Below, one piece after another: positions 26,501 through 48,663 of a DNA stretch of 64,000 nucleotides. Numbering within the stretch: position 1 is the first letter of the stretch; every line of letters begins with the position of its first letter. Location of the stretch: assembly GCF_009914755.1 (NCBI RefSeq), contig NC_060935.1; one strand, 5' to 3'. The position numbers were made by a program, and so were the translations under genes. The notes below the pieces were generated by a model. The model was not told the DNA's origin and did no database searches. It worked only from the letters and a program-made list of their open reading frames with translations. Source of the DNA: the human T2T-CHM13v2.0 reference genome, Homo sapiens.

Positions 26501-28559
26501 CGAAGACCTCCAATAGCTAGTGTGTATACTGAGCACCCATTATGTGCCAGGCACCCCACCAGCCATGATCCATCCAATCTGCACGACCAGGCAGCCCCCT
26601 TCTTACCATATCCTATTTTGATTTGCATCTCCCTCCCGCTACCTCATTTCCAAAGACCTATTGGGCATAAATCATGTGCAGAGCTCGGAGGGTCTAGGAC
26701 AAGCAGGATTCTAATGAGGATGTCTGCCCCCAACACCCATGTCCTGATTAAGGAACAGCAGGAAAGATCTCCACCTGTTGAGGGGTAGAGTAGGCAGTTA
26801 GATCACGGAGGGCTTCCAGGGAGCAGCAACAGTGAGGGTTATACAACCCCTTCCCAATGAAGAGGCCTGTGTGCCTGACCTGGAGCCCTCGGGCCATACT
26901 TCAGACTCTTGTCTCACGGCCTCTAGTCCCCTGTGACTTGGGCCTTACAGGCAGGAGCCCACAGATCCATGCCCTTAGAATAGCCAAGGCCCAGGGCAGT
27001 GAAGTGACTTGCTCAGGATCACACAGCCAGTTGATGGCCCCTACAGCCCTGCCTGCCGCAAAAACATGCTCCCCAACCCCTGGGAGGTTGGAGTGGTCTC
27101 ATCTCATTCCTGGGCCATCCATCAATGCCTGGCCCTCTCTAGCCATAGGTATGATGAGCCCCGTCTCTGGGGAAACTGAGACCAGGGGGCTGGAACAGTG
27201 TCATGCAGAAACTTGAACGCTGGCTTCTGCTGACCAAGTCCCAAGTGTCCAGCACCATGTTAGATACAGAAGTACTCAAGACGCTGTCCTCACCTCGTCA
27301 CCTTGGAGCAGGCTTGGCACCCAAAACTATGAATGTGTGAAACTGTGGGGAATCGGAAGGGGGACAACCCAGTTTGGAGGGGCACCTAAAGTCAGACTGG
27401 AGCTGCCTCTGGGTTTGGAGTTCAGGGCCCATGCTCAGGAGTCCCAAAGAAGAGGACCCACCCAGGCTGTGGCAGAGTCCAGCCACTGCCGCCCACCCCA
27501 GAAGAGTAGCCCAGGGCTGGAGCCATGACCAGGACCTGGCCATTAACAAAGCACAGCCACCAAGAGAAAGATCTCAGTTCATTTCACAGGTGAGGAAACG
27601 AAGCCCAGAAACATCACTGGCCCCGCTGGGGTCACCAACTCCTAATCCCAGCTCCTCCTGTTCTAGGATCAACAGTCCCAAATATACACCTGCCAGAGCT
27701 GTCATCAGACTTGGTCAGAGTAACCTGGCAAGTATGACTCTGAACAGGACACCTCCCAACTGCTGCTGGGGTCTGGGTGAGCTCCTAGGACACCAGGCAC
27801 CCAGTGGGGGCTAGCAGCTTGGCCCCTGACTCTAAATCCCTGTTTCCTCACCCAAATGGGGGGCCATAAAAATACAGAGCTCAAGGTAACCCCCAAGCTC
27901 TGCCTCACCCCTTCCGCCAGCTTCTCACTGCCCCTCATCCTTTCCATCTGCATTTATGAAGCACCCATTATGATATGAGCTCAGCACCCAGCTAGGCCCC
28001 TGGGGGTGCAGGGGTGCATGCAGGAAGTGAGCCATACTGAGGATTCTGTGGGGGTCAGCCTGGCAGCTGGCTCATCCAGAGTGTTGCTGGGAATATGGCA
28101 GGGGGGCTGGATGGTGGGGAGGGGTCCCTGCCCAGGATATAAGGCTCTCTGACTCTCCTTGAAGCAACCATCCATCTACTGGTGGCTCTCAGCTGTGTCT
28201 GGCCTTGGCCTGGGTGCCTCCAGGGAAGGACATTCTCTGACCTGCGATCACTCCCACCCCAGAAACCATTTATTTTACCTAGAGGCCCAGAGAAGGAAGT
28301 CCACACTCTCAAGGTCACACAGCAACTAACTCAGGGGCTGTGTTGCCTGAGTCCACCCAGCCGGCACAAGACACAGGCTTCCGGCAGACGAGGCTGCTCC
28401 CCAAACACAATTCACCCCGGGCAGGACTGCCCTAACCTCTCCAGGTACCACAAACCCACCTCAAGCACTTTCTCCTAAGCCAGCCTCCTTCCTCCAAGCA
28501 CAATGCCAACAAATACACTAGTGGCCTTCAACTCTCTCCCTTTAAGAGTCTCAAGCCCA

Positions 28560-29182
<623 letters not shown>

Positions 29183-29929
29183 TCACCCCTAACAGGAGCC
29201 CACTCTCTCCACACCCCCTGCTGGGGATGAAAGGCCATCCCTCCCCTAGCATCGCAGCTCAACCTTTGCTAGGTGCCATGGAGTGAAGTGGATCCTGCCT
29301 GCCTTTCCAGGGGGGCTTCCCTCACTCCCCAGCTGTAGCTGGGCAGTAGCCCTCTCCTGGGACCACTCATCTGGCCCAGGGGGCACAGGAGTACAACCTG
29401 TCCCCCATTCTGGCCACATTTCCTCCACGACCTGGTCTTTCCCGGCCACGGGGAAGAGGAAGTGTTTGCCCAACTCCACAAAAACACCACAACCTTTCTG
29501 CACATACAGGGCAGGGGTCCCACATCAGATGGGCCAGGAACTGCAACTGCCCCTGAGAACCAGTGGCCTGAACAGACACAGCCACTGGGGCCACTAATCC
29601 AGGACCCAGAGTCTCTGCTACCCCACTCCAGGCTGCGGGGCCGGGGCGGGGGGGGTTCCCACTCCACACCTCTGAGAGCCTCCGTACTTCCAGAGCCCCA
29701 CAAGGAGGTTCTGCCCTCAACTTGGGAGCCACCCTGGCAAAGACCCAGCCCCTCTTTCCCAGCTACACTGCTTTCCAAGAGTTCATCCAGCGAAGGGGTT
29801 GAGGGACAGGTTGGGAGGGTGGGCTGGGGGTCCTTCCTCTAGGTGCATGCCCCAGAGTCGTGCACACTCTTCCCCACACCCCGACTCTTCTCACTTGCGC
29901 TCCTGATGAGCTAAGAGGAGTTGACGCTG

Positions 29930-30560
29930 TCACCCCGGGACGGTCGGCTGCCCACCCTTCGCACCCTGCACCCCGAGAGACACCCCCGACCCCTCCCCCG
30001 GAGTCTCCTGGCTGCAAGTCGGCTCGCCTGCAGGCAGGGCGGGGGCGCACAGCACCTCCGGGTGGCGGCGCAGACCCGGCGGGGACCCCCGAAATCCTCC
30101 CGTCCCGGGAGGCGACCGCGGCCCAGACCCAGCGCGGGACCGCGAGCGCGCGCGGACCTACCCGCTCCACATCCCGGCGCCTCGGGGCGCCCAGGCGTCC
30201 GTTCCCAGCGCCGCCGCGTCCTCCCAGCGCCGCGTCCCCGCCCGCCGCCGACTCCGCCAGGGGCCGAGCCGCCCCACCGCCTGTCAGCCCTGCCCGCGGC
30301 CGGTCAGTAGGTCTCAGACGCCTGGGCTCGCGGCCCCCAGCCCAGCCCCGACCCTGCCCTGGGCGGGTCACGTGGCGGAGGGGGGAGCGGCCCGAGGACA
30401 CGTGCCCGGCCCCGCCCCTCCGCCGGCCCGGCGCTGGGATCCGGCGCGCGCTCCCAAGGCCTGGCCCCACCCGGCCCGCCGCGCCGGGACAGGGAGACCA
30501 CGGCGCTCGGAGGGAACCCGGCCCCCAACATCCCGCGGGCCGCGCCGCGCTCAGACTCCC
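29930..30560 (-). promoter_or_regulatory. RAB3IL1: RAB3IL1 CpG-island promoter
   Basis: Dense CpG, GC boxes, CACGTG E-boxes at 30369-30374 and 30399-30404. Confidence 0.9.
30162..30172 (-). CDS. RAB3IL1: RAB3IL1 canonical exon 1, coding part (MWS-G)
   Basis: GGGATGTGGAGCGG|GTAGGT in a CpG island; joined to exons 2-10 gives 1149 nt = 382 aa + stop. Confidence 0.92.
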
Positions 30561-32845
30561 CAGCTGACTCCTCCTCTCCAGTCGCCCTCCGCACCACCCA
30601 CTTTGGGCCACCCCTGCTCAAGAACCTACAATGGCTCCCGAGCTCTCAGCTCTTCGATTCTCACACAGATTGTCACTTAAGGCCAGCAGACACCCTCCCC
30701 CCTCCTCACCCGGCCCTCCTTCCCTAGGCTGTCTGCTTAGTGCCTGTCCCTGTGCAACATCCTGCCTGCTGGGAAGGGGAGGGGACAAACCCGAAACAAG
30801 TTTTCTGAGTCCTACTCTCTGAGTTTTATCCCGAAGGAGTTTCCACTTCTGGTCCAACTCTCCTCACTCAGCCTCCTGCCACTTAACACGCTCTGCCCAT
30901 CCCTGCCTTTACTCACCATCTGCCCTCTGGATAGTATTCCCCACCCCACCCCCACCGACACACACACATACACACACCTGTCTGGTCCCACATCCTCCGT
31001 GAAACCTTCCCTGAATCCCAGACGACTGGTCTACCTGTCCCTCAGTTCCTCTGTCCCACCCATTCTGAGTCCTGATCATTCGTCTCAACTTCAGCCTGGG
31101 ACTGGACCAGTAAGAGCAGAACCCGTCTTCTCTCCCGCCAGGTACCATGGCTCCCACCTTCCCTGTCTAGGGGAGGACTGGGAGCGTGGTGGGAGGTACT
31201 TCCCCTTCTAGGTGCTACCAGAGGTCCCAGTGCTACCCCTCCAGGCCCACTGACTCAGGCCGCAGGCTCAAGTTAGTCAGATCTTCGTTTGAGGACACAT
31301 TTTATTCATTCATTCTACTCATTCATACATTCAGCCACTCCATCTGAGCATAGACTATGGGGCATGCAAGGGGCTGGGGACCCAGCAGGAAACTGTACAG
31401 ACATAGGTTCTGCCCTCCTGGGGCTCCACGTTGGTGGAGGATGGAGGATGGGGGACGTATTCTCTAAGACCTCCACGTCCAGGGCACAAATAGACAATGC
31501 TCTTTCCCCGCTGGGCACAGCGCACAGCAAGGTATGGAATCTGGAGAGTGGAGGCGAGGCTGGATTCTATGCCTTGCTTGCTCCCTTGGCCAGCACTTTG
31601 TGCAGTGAACAACCTAGGCAGTTCTCCATAGCATCCCTTCCAACTTTCTAGAATCATTCAGCCCAGGCGTCCCATAGCCATCACTCAGCAGGGCAGTTGT
31701 TTCCATGGCCACGGCTTCCAGAGGGCAGGGATTCTCTCTTTCTTGGAGCTATGTTCCCCTACCCCACCCCCAGCCCAGCTCAGGGTCTGGCCCACCCAAA
31801 GCAGATGTCCACATGTGTTTGCTGGCTTGAATCCCTCATCAGTTGGTCTTGAGCAACTGTTGTCTTCCTGGCCCTTATTTTGTTCACTATTTAGAGAAGG
31901 AGGAGAAAATGACACAAAAGGAACCCAGCACAGGGCCCTTGCCCTCCAAGTCTTCACAAGCCCCGGCAGGAGATAAGTCATGGCAACCCAGACCAGTGGG
32001 AGATAAAGGGTGGAGGAGGCGTCAGCTCAGGGCTATGTCCCTGGAGGAAGAGTCCTCAGCCTGGGAGGTCTGGTGGACCGGGGAGGCCCTTGAGCGAGGT
32101 CTTGAAGGACAAGTCTGTGGTCACCACTCTGGAAGCATCCACACTCAATTTCTAACCAAAAATAGCCTGTCATCCATGCTTCCTGCTACCATGGACTCCT
32201 AGGGCTCACTGCCTCCCCCAGTAGGGAGGACCCTCCTGCTCAGCTGAACTTGCTCCTCAGTTGAAAAGGATGGGCTCGGAGAAGTTAAGGAACCTGCCTG
32301 ATATCACACCAGCCAGGGGCAGTGGGGCTGAGTCCTCTTACACCCGTTTTCCAAAAAGACCACCCAGAAACTAGAGGCTCACTGGCAGCTGCAGCTGTGT
32401 GCAGCCAGGCAGCAAGAGGTTCCTGAGCACATGCTAGGTGTCTGGCCAGTGGCAGGGAAGGGATAAATAAAAGTTGTGTCCTCTGCCTACAAGCCACTGC
32501 CCTCCTCAGCCTCCCTCCCTCTATCTCCCTCTGCCTGCTCCATCCCAAGCCTGGCAGCCTTGACCACAGACCCTTGGCTGAAGGCAGCTGAGGAGCAGGA
32601 GACAGTCAGCCTGGACAACCCAGGCCCTGATTCTGGACTTACAGGTGTGTCCTCAGCTCACTGTGTGACCCAGGATGAGTGTCTTGCCCTCTCTGAGCTT
32701 CAGTCTCCACCTCTGTACAGCCACCAAATTGGACAAGACAATCAGAGCCATTGCCTAGGACTCTCTGAGCCCAGCTTCTCACACTGGCTGCCCTGAAGCT
32801 TGCCAAGACTCCCCCTCCCCTCCATGCCCCAGGTCCTGAGCTCAC

Positions 32846-32997
32846 CTGTCTGTGCCCCAGGGCTCTTCTCTCAAGTTCCCCTCAAGTACAGGGCACAGGC
32901 CTGATGGGGCGTAGCGGACAGTCCCTGCACTCATGGCCAGGAACACGGGACATGTCCCTCGGGCGGGGCACCCAGCGTGCTCCTCAGAAGAGTCCAT
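32846..32997 (-). CDS. RAB3IL1: RAB3IL1 alternative upstream first exon, coding part: MDSSEEHAGCPARGTCPVFLAMSAGTVRYAPSGLCPVLEGNLREEPWGTD(S)
   Basis: Good Kozak context (AGCATGG), open frame, CAG|GTGAGC donor in phase 2 matching exon 2; matches my recollection of an alternative N-terminus. Confidence 0.85.
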
Positions 32998-33450
32998 GCT
33001 TGCAAGACCAGACTGAGGGTCCCTCTGGAGGGTGCCGGGAAGGGAGGTAGCAGGAGCCTTCTTCCCCCCACCAGGCTGAGCCTCACACTAACCTTTGCTA
33101 TCTCCCCAGAGCAGCAGCCTGGGAGGGAGGCACCACCTCCCAGGACAGCCGCTATCTCCTTCAACCCCGTAATTATTAACTCCTGTGGCTCCTCAGGCAG
33201 CAGAAGACACTGGGCCCTCCTTCCTGGGCTCTGGGCCAGGGGAGGTGAGACACCTCTATCTAGGGGAGGCCCCGTGTTTCAGCCAGGCTCCCAGATGGTC
33301 CGCTTGTCCCCTCACCACGCAGGCTGGGGTGTTGGAAAGAGCCCGTCCAGCCTTGATCCTGTCATAGCTGTCATAGCTGGCTGTGTAGCCCTAGACAGGC
33401 CCTCCTGCCTGTGACCACAAACCTGAATATCCCCTTAAAACTTTGTTATT

Positions 33451-35726
<2,276 letters not shown>

Positions 35727-38159
35727 TTACCTGGAAACAATTAATGGAAAACAGGATATGTGAAGGGTGGGGGTCTCCCCATCACCCCAACATGGCAAGA
35801 GGGGAAAGGGCTTGGCCTGGCTGGTGGCATCATATGTGGGAGTTGGTCCCTCCCTGCCAAGACCCCACCAGCCTCTTGGCGGGGGGCGGGAGAGGGGAAA
35901 CTGAGTCAGAGTTGCTGGAGACTTTATGGAAAAACCTGTTATGTTTCTGGACATTTAGACACAGCTTGGACTGGATGGGAAGCTTTGAGGATCTTGTCTT
36001 TGGTTGTAACTTCTTAGAAAAAAGGCAGAGCCAGAAAAGGCCCGATTGTCTCTTCTTGCAGATGAGGAAACTGAGGCTCAGAGACTCATCCAGGGTCACT
36101 TGTGAGTCACAGCAAGAAGCAGCCAGGTCTGGGACGTCTTGTCAGTAAAAGCCGCTGCCTGAAGTCGCCTCCCCTTCTTGCTATCTCAGCGTCATTCCTG
36201 CCTGCCCTTCCCCTGCCTCTGCATAGAGCTCAGTCACGAGGGGAGGCTCACAAGGCCACCATCCGCCTGCCTGTGGTGCAGACACCTCCCAGCTGGCAGG
36301 CTCAAGGCAGCCACGCACACCTGGCTGGGCAGACTTTGAAGCAACTGGATTTTTCCCCTGCAGGGCTGGGCGCTCAGCAGAGGGGCCCTGGGTAAGCCCC
36401 AAAAACATGTGTGCAGGTGGGCCCTTCCTTGGTCCACTTGACCCTGTGAACTTCCTCAGGTCAGCCAGTGCTGGTCCTCAGAGTGAGGGCTCCCCCATTT
36501 CCATGAAAACAACAGCCCCAGGGTTCCTGAAAGCCAGTTCTGGCTGCCCCTCCCTCCGCCAGCTGTGCAGGGTGTTTGGACAGCGCGGATGGAATGTTTT
36601 GCAGCCAAAGTCCTCCCTGGATCTCTGAGCTCAGATTTCAAGCAGGAGGGAAAGAGGACGCTGGTTCTGGCTCCAGGGAGAGGGGAAGCGACTCAGGAGG
36701 TCAAACTTGGGCCTGGAGGCTCCCTGCTCTGTCCCCAGGCCTGACCAAGACCAGGCCCAGGCCCCTCAGGGAAGGGCAGGACAGAGCGTGTGGAGGCGGC
36801 CGAATGGGGTCACAGCTTTGCTCAGGCCAACCTGGTGAAGCCAGGCCCCGGGGACAGTCTGGGCTCAGGGAGGGGCTCAGCCCAGGACAGCACTTTGAGA
36901 ACACTAAGATTCACAACAGACCTCCTTCGACCACCATCTCCATTTTTTAGGGAGGGCAGTTGGGGTCCAGAGAGGGCAGGCACTTGTCCCAGGTGGTACA
37001 GCATGCTGGGTACAGAGCGGGGCTAGCAGCCAGGCCTCCGGAAGCTAAACTTGCTCTTTTCACTGTCCAGGAAGTTCCCATCCTCACTCTCAGCCCCAGA
37101 GATACAGCCCCTGCCAGTAAGTCGTCATCTTTGCTTCTTCCCCAAAAGATGCAGGCAAAAGAATCTACTCAGAAAGTCAGTTCACAAAGCAAGCACAGAC
37201 ACTAAGCTCCAGGCCAGCCTCTGAGAGATTCGAATTAACCTACTCGAGGACAAGGCAGAGGCCCTGAGAGACAGGATTCCTGGCCCATCTCCTGCTCTGG
37301 GGCCAGAGCTCCCCCAGTTCTCCACCACAGCTGCCCAGGCCCCTCAGCGCCCCCACGAAACGAATCCCTTCTCTGGCTGCGAAGACCCATAAGTTCTAGA
37401 CACAAATATATGGAAGCTAGTTTGAGCCTCAGTTTACCCACCTTAAACCTGGGAGGATTATCTTTGTTCCACTTGACTTATCATCATATTGTGGGGTGCT
37501 GATGGTGAGGGCCGGGAAGTGCTGGTGAACCCCTTTGGAAATATCAACAGTTCCCGGTAATGAAACTGACCTCAGACGAAGAAGGGAGGAAGGAAGGAGG
37601 GGATTCCTTTGGGCCCAGATGGGTGTGGGAGTCTGACCAAGGTGCCTGGGGCCTGAGCTGAATTCCTAGAGATGAAACCTGTTCACCCGCTCTCAACTCC
37701 TCAGAAGGAAAGCTCAGCCACCTTGTGGAATTATTAGAGAACAGAGAATCCATCAGAAACCTTCGGGGGGAAAACATGACTAGTGGAGGAGGGTGTGACC
37801 CCCAGAGAGCTGATGACTCCCTTCCAAGGTGGCAGAATGTGGGGTGAACTGGAGACTGTGCTAGGATCTTTACGCGCAATCTCAGATTCTGTTCATCCTT
37901 GCAGCGGCCCGACAGTCCTTGGTGGTCCTTCATTGCTTTCTGTTCCCATTTTAAAGATGAGGAAACAGATTTGGAAAGGTTAAAGGATTTGGCCAATGGC
38001 TAACAAGTAAAGGAACTCAGATTTTAACCCAGGTTTGTCTGACTCCAAAGCTTGTTTTCTTATCTCTCCACCAGTCACTCTCTCAGGAGGAAGGGTAAAG
38101 TGAGGCTTTTTAAACAAAGTAGGGATTGAAGAATCAATAGGATTTAAATATCCATATAG

Positions 38160-38625
<466 letters not shown>

Positions 38626-39212
38626 TTAAATCCTGAAAAGCCTTGGAGGCGAGTTAAAGAATTTGGACTTTATTCTAAAGGCTCCAAGGAGATGGTTAAA
38701 CATTTTTGAGCAGAGGAGAGAAATGATCAGAGCCCTGCTTTGGGAAGATTAAATGGACAGCTGTGTGCATAAAAAATAGAAGTGAACACTTATTACACAT
38801 CTAGCAAGGGAAAGACTTTCTAAACTTGGAAACATTTTGAAGAGATCTTAACAGAAAAAGATCAATAGATCTGTCCGCATTCAAATGTAAAGCTGCTTTA
38901 TGCTCCTTCCTGCCAAAAAAAAAAAAAAAAAAAAAAAGCCAAAATTAAAAGGCAAATAACTTGGCGAAAATATTCCCAGGCAATGGCAATGCGTTAATAT
39001 AGTTAACACATAAAGAATTTGCGAAAATCAATAAGAAAAAACACTGGGAGCTCAATAGAGGTGTTCACTCATTCATCAGATTTTTAAGAACACACATGCC
39101 AAGTGCTGATGGCATATTAGTGAACCAGACAGACAATGTTTCTGCACTCATGAAGTATACAGTTTAGGAGGGGATTATGTGTAGCGGGGGATTCAGACAT
39201 CTAATTACAGCA

Positions 39213-40203
<991 letters not shown>

Positions 40204-40401
40204 CAGGACCACAGGTCAGGTACAAGGATAGGGGAAGTGCAAAGTCGTCTGGGAGCACATCCAGGAACTCCCAACCTAGACTTAAGGTTAGGAGTCTGGA
40301 AAAATTTCCTGAGGCAGGAGTTTGGGAGTGGAAAGGGAGACCATTGAAAGAGTTGGGGCTGGCAAGAGAGTCAGGGGCTAGATCTTGTGGGGCTTTGTAT
40401 G

Positions 40402-40784
40402 TGGTATGGTTTGGCTCTGCATCCCTGCCCAAATCTCATGTTGAATTGTAATTTCCAGTGTTGAAGGAGGGGCCTGGTGGGAGTTGACTGGGTCATGGTA
40501 ATATATTTCCCCCCTGCTGTTCTTGTGCTAGTGAGTCAGTTCTCACAAGATCTGGTTGTTTAAGAGTCTGTAGCACCTCCCCCTTTGCTCTCTTCCACTT
40601 GCTCTGGCCATGTAAGATGTGCCTGCTTCCCCTTCACCTTCAGCCATGATCGTAAGTTTCCTGAGGCCTCCCCAGCCATGCCTCCTGTACAGCCTGCAGA
40701 ACAGTGAGCCTATTAAACCTCTTTTCTTTATAAATTACCCAGCGTTGAGTAGTTCTTATAGCAGTGTGAGAATGAACTAATACA
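40402..40784 (+). mobile_element. MST-type MaLR solo LTR
   Basis: TG...CA termini (tggtatggtttggctctg...gaactaataca), 5-bp TSD GTATG. Confidence 0.9.
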
Positions 40785-41149
40785 GTATGCTAGGTAAGGA
40801 GTTCAAACTTTATACTTAAAGACTAAGAGGAGTCATTGAAGGATTTACGCAGGAGTGTGATGTGAACGGATTCACATATCAAAAAGATGGCTACTATGGA
40901 TAAGTGTGGAATGGCTTGGAGAATTTCTGCTCCTTAGTGATGTGGTGGACTTGAAGCAGAGAGGAGCCTTCCTGCTACAGAAAAAAAAAAAAAAATTCTA
41001 GAAAAAGAGGCTATAATTCTTTGAGGATGTGTTGTCTATCAAGCTCTAGGCCTTGTCTGCCAAAGCCACTTCCTTACCCACAAAGGAAAGTGCAGCCAAA
41101 GCTGGGAGCTTTGGCCAGGAGGGAGGTTGGGGACATGAATGTGGGCATC

Positions 41150-41508
41150 TACATGGTGCTAGGACCCTCCAAATACATGGAGCTAGGACCCTCAAAATAC
41201 ATGAAGCTAGGACCCTCAAAATATATGGAGCTAGGACCCTCAAAATACACAGAGCTAGGACCCTCAAAATACACGGAACTAGGACCCTCAGAATACACAG
41301 AGCTAGGACCCTCAAAATACATGAAGCTAGGACCCTCAAAATACATGGAGCTAAGACCCTCCAAATACATGGAGCTAGGACCCTCCAACTACATGAAGCG
41401 AGGACCCTCAAAATACATGGAGCTAAGACCCTCCAAATACATGGAGCTAGGACCCTCCAACTACATGAAGTGAGAACCCTCAAAATACATGGAGCTAGGA
41501 CCCTCAAA
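41150..41508. repeat. 24-bp VNTR, ~15 copies, consensus TACATGGAGCTAGGACCCTCAAAA
   Basis: Direct reading; appears as (MELGPSKY)n in the ORF track. Confidence 0.95.
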
Positions 41509-41599
41509 GAGGGCTGAAGTGTTTCATGTTGGTGACACCCCTGGCTCCAGGCAGAAGCAGATTCAAATCCTCTTTGGAGGAATGTGTCCAAATTTAGAT

Positions 41600-45900
<4,301 letters not shown>

Positions 45901-45935
45901 TATTGCTGTATAATATTCCATGATAGGACCATAAC

Positions 45936-47146
<1,211 letters not shown>

Positions 47147-47149
47147 TAA

Positions 47150-47248
47150 ATATATACACACACACACACACACACATGTATATATATACACACAATATAT
47201 ATTGTGTGCATATATACATATATTTGTATATATACATATATATGTGTA

Positions 47249-47283
<35 letters not shown>
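47150..47283. repeat. Compound (CA)n/(TA)n/(TG)n microsatellite
   Basis: Direct reading. Confidence 0.9.
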
Positions 47284-47990
47284 TCTATGCCTAAAGAAAA
47301 GGATCAGATGTCAGTGCAAATGGTATAGTAGAAAACTTCAAAAGTCCCTAAGGGCTTTGAAAAGCTCCTACATAGTCCAGGGAATAGAGGTGCACATGCG
47401 TGCCTAGGGCTGGGTGCATGCTCAGAAAAGACCTGAAGGGGTCCTAAATTCCCACCTCTACCTGATCTTCAGGCTCTCTGTAAGCAGAAGACAAAGGTTA
47501 AAGCACAGTTGTAAATTGCCTGGCTTAGAGTTGAAGGTATGTGCCGACACACATACAGAGCCATTCTGCAAAGACTGGAAGATTTTTATCACTGTTCTAG
47601 GTATTTAAGAAAATCTCTGTCAAGTCATTAGCTGATCACTAAGCTAATGAAACAAAGACTTTAGTGGATATACACAAGAAAAAATACAGACTTTACAAAA
47701 TTAGTTCAGAAAAGTCACCAAAAAACAAAACAAAACAAAACAAAAAAATCCCAACAAGTACTACAAGCCTCAATAACAAACTCTGGGGTGCTGGGAGATT
47801 TCAGATTTGATTTCCAGAGTTGCTACATTTAAATATTAAAAATGTCCAGTTTCAAACAAAAATTATGAGACATTCAAAGAAACAAGAGAGCATAGTTTAT
47901 GTGTGGGGAAAAAATAAATTAATAGAAACTGTTAGGTCAGGTGTGTTGGCTCACGCCTGTAATCCCAGCATTTTGGGAGGCCATGAATCA

Positions 47991-48264
<274 letters not shown>

Positions 48265-48303
48265 TTATAGATAGACTTTAAATCAACTATTTTATTGTAT
48301 TAG

Positions 48304-48663
<360 letters not shown>

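Noticed and set aside
29763-30611. 282-aa and 235-aa ORFs across the RAB3IL1 promoter
   Set aside because: CpG-island artefacts; the true coding part is 11 nt
30909-31157. ATG|GTGAGT donor at 30911-30919 with an upstream 82-aa ORF as a third first exon
   Set aside because: That ORF meets the donor in phase 1 and the ATG in phase 0, neither matching phase-2 exon 2; a non-coding exon cannot be supported from sequence alone
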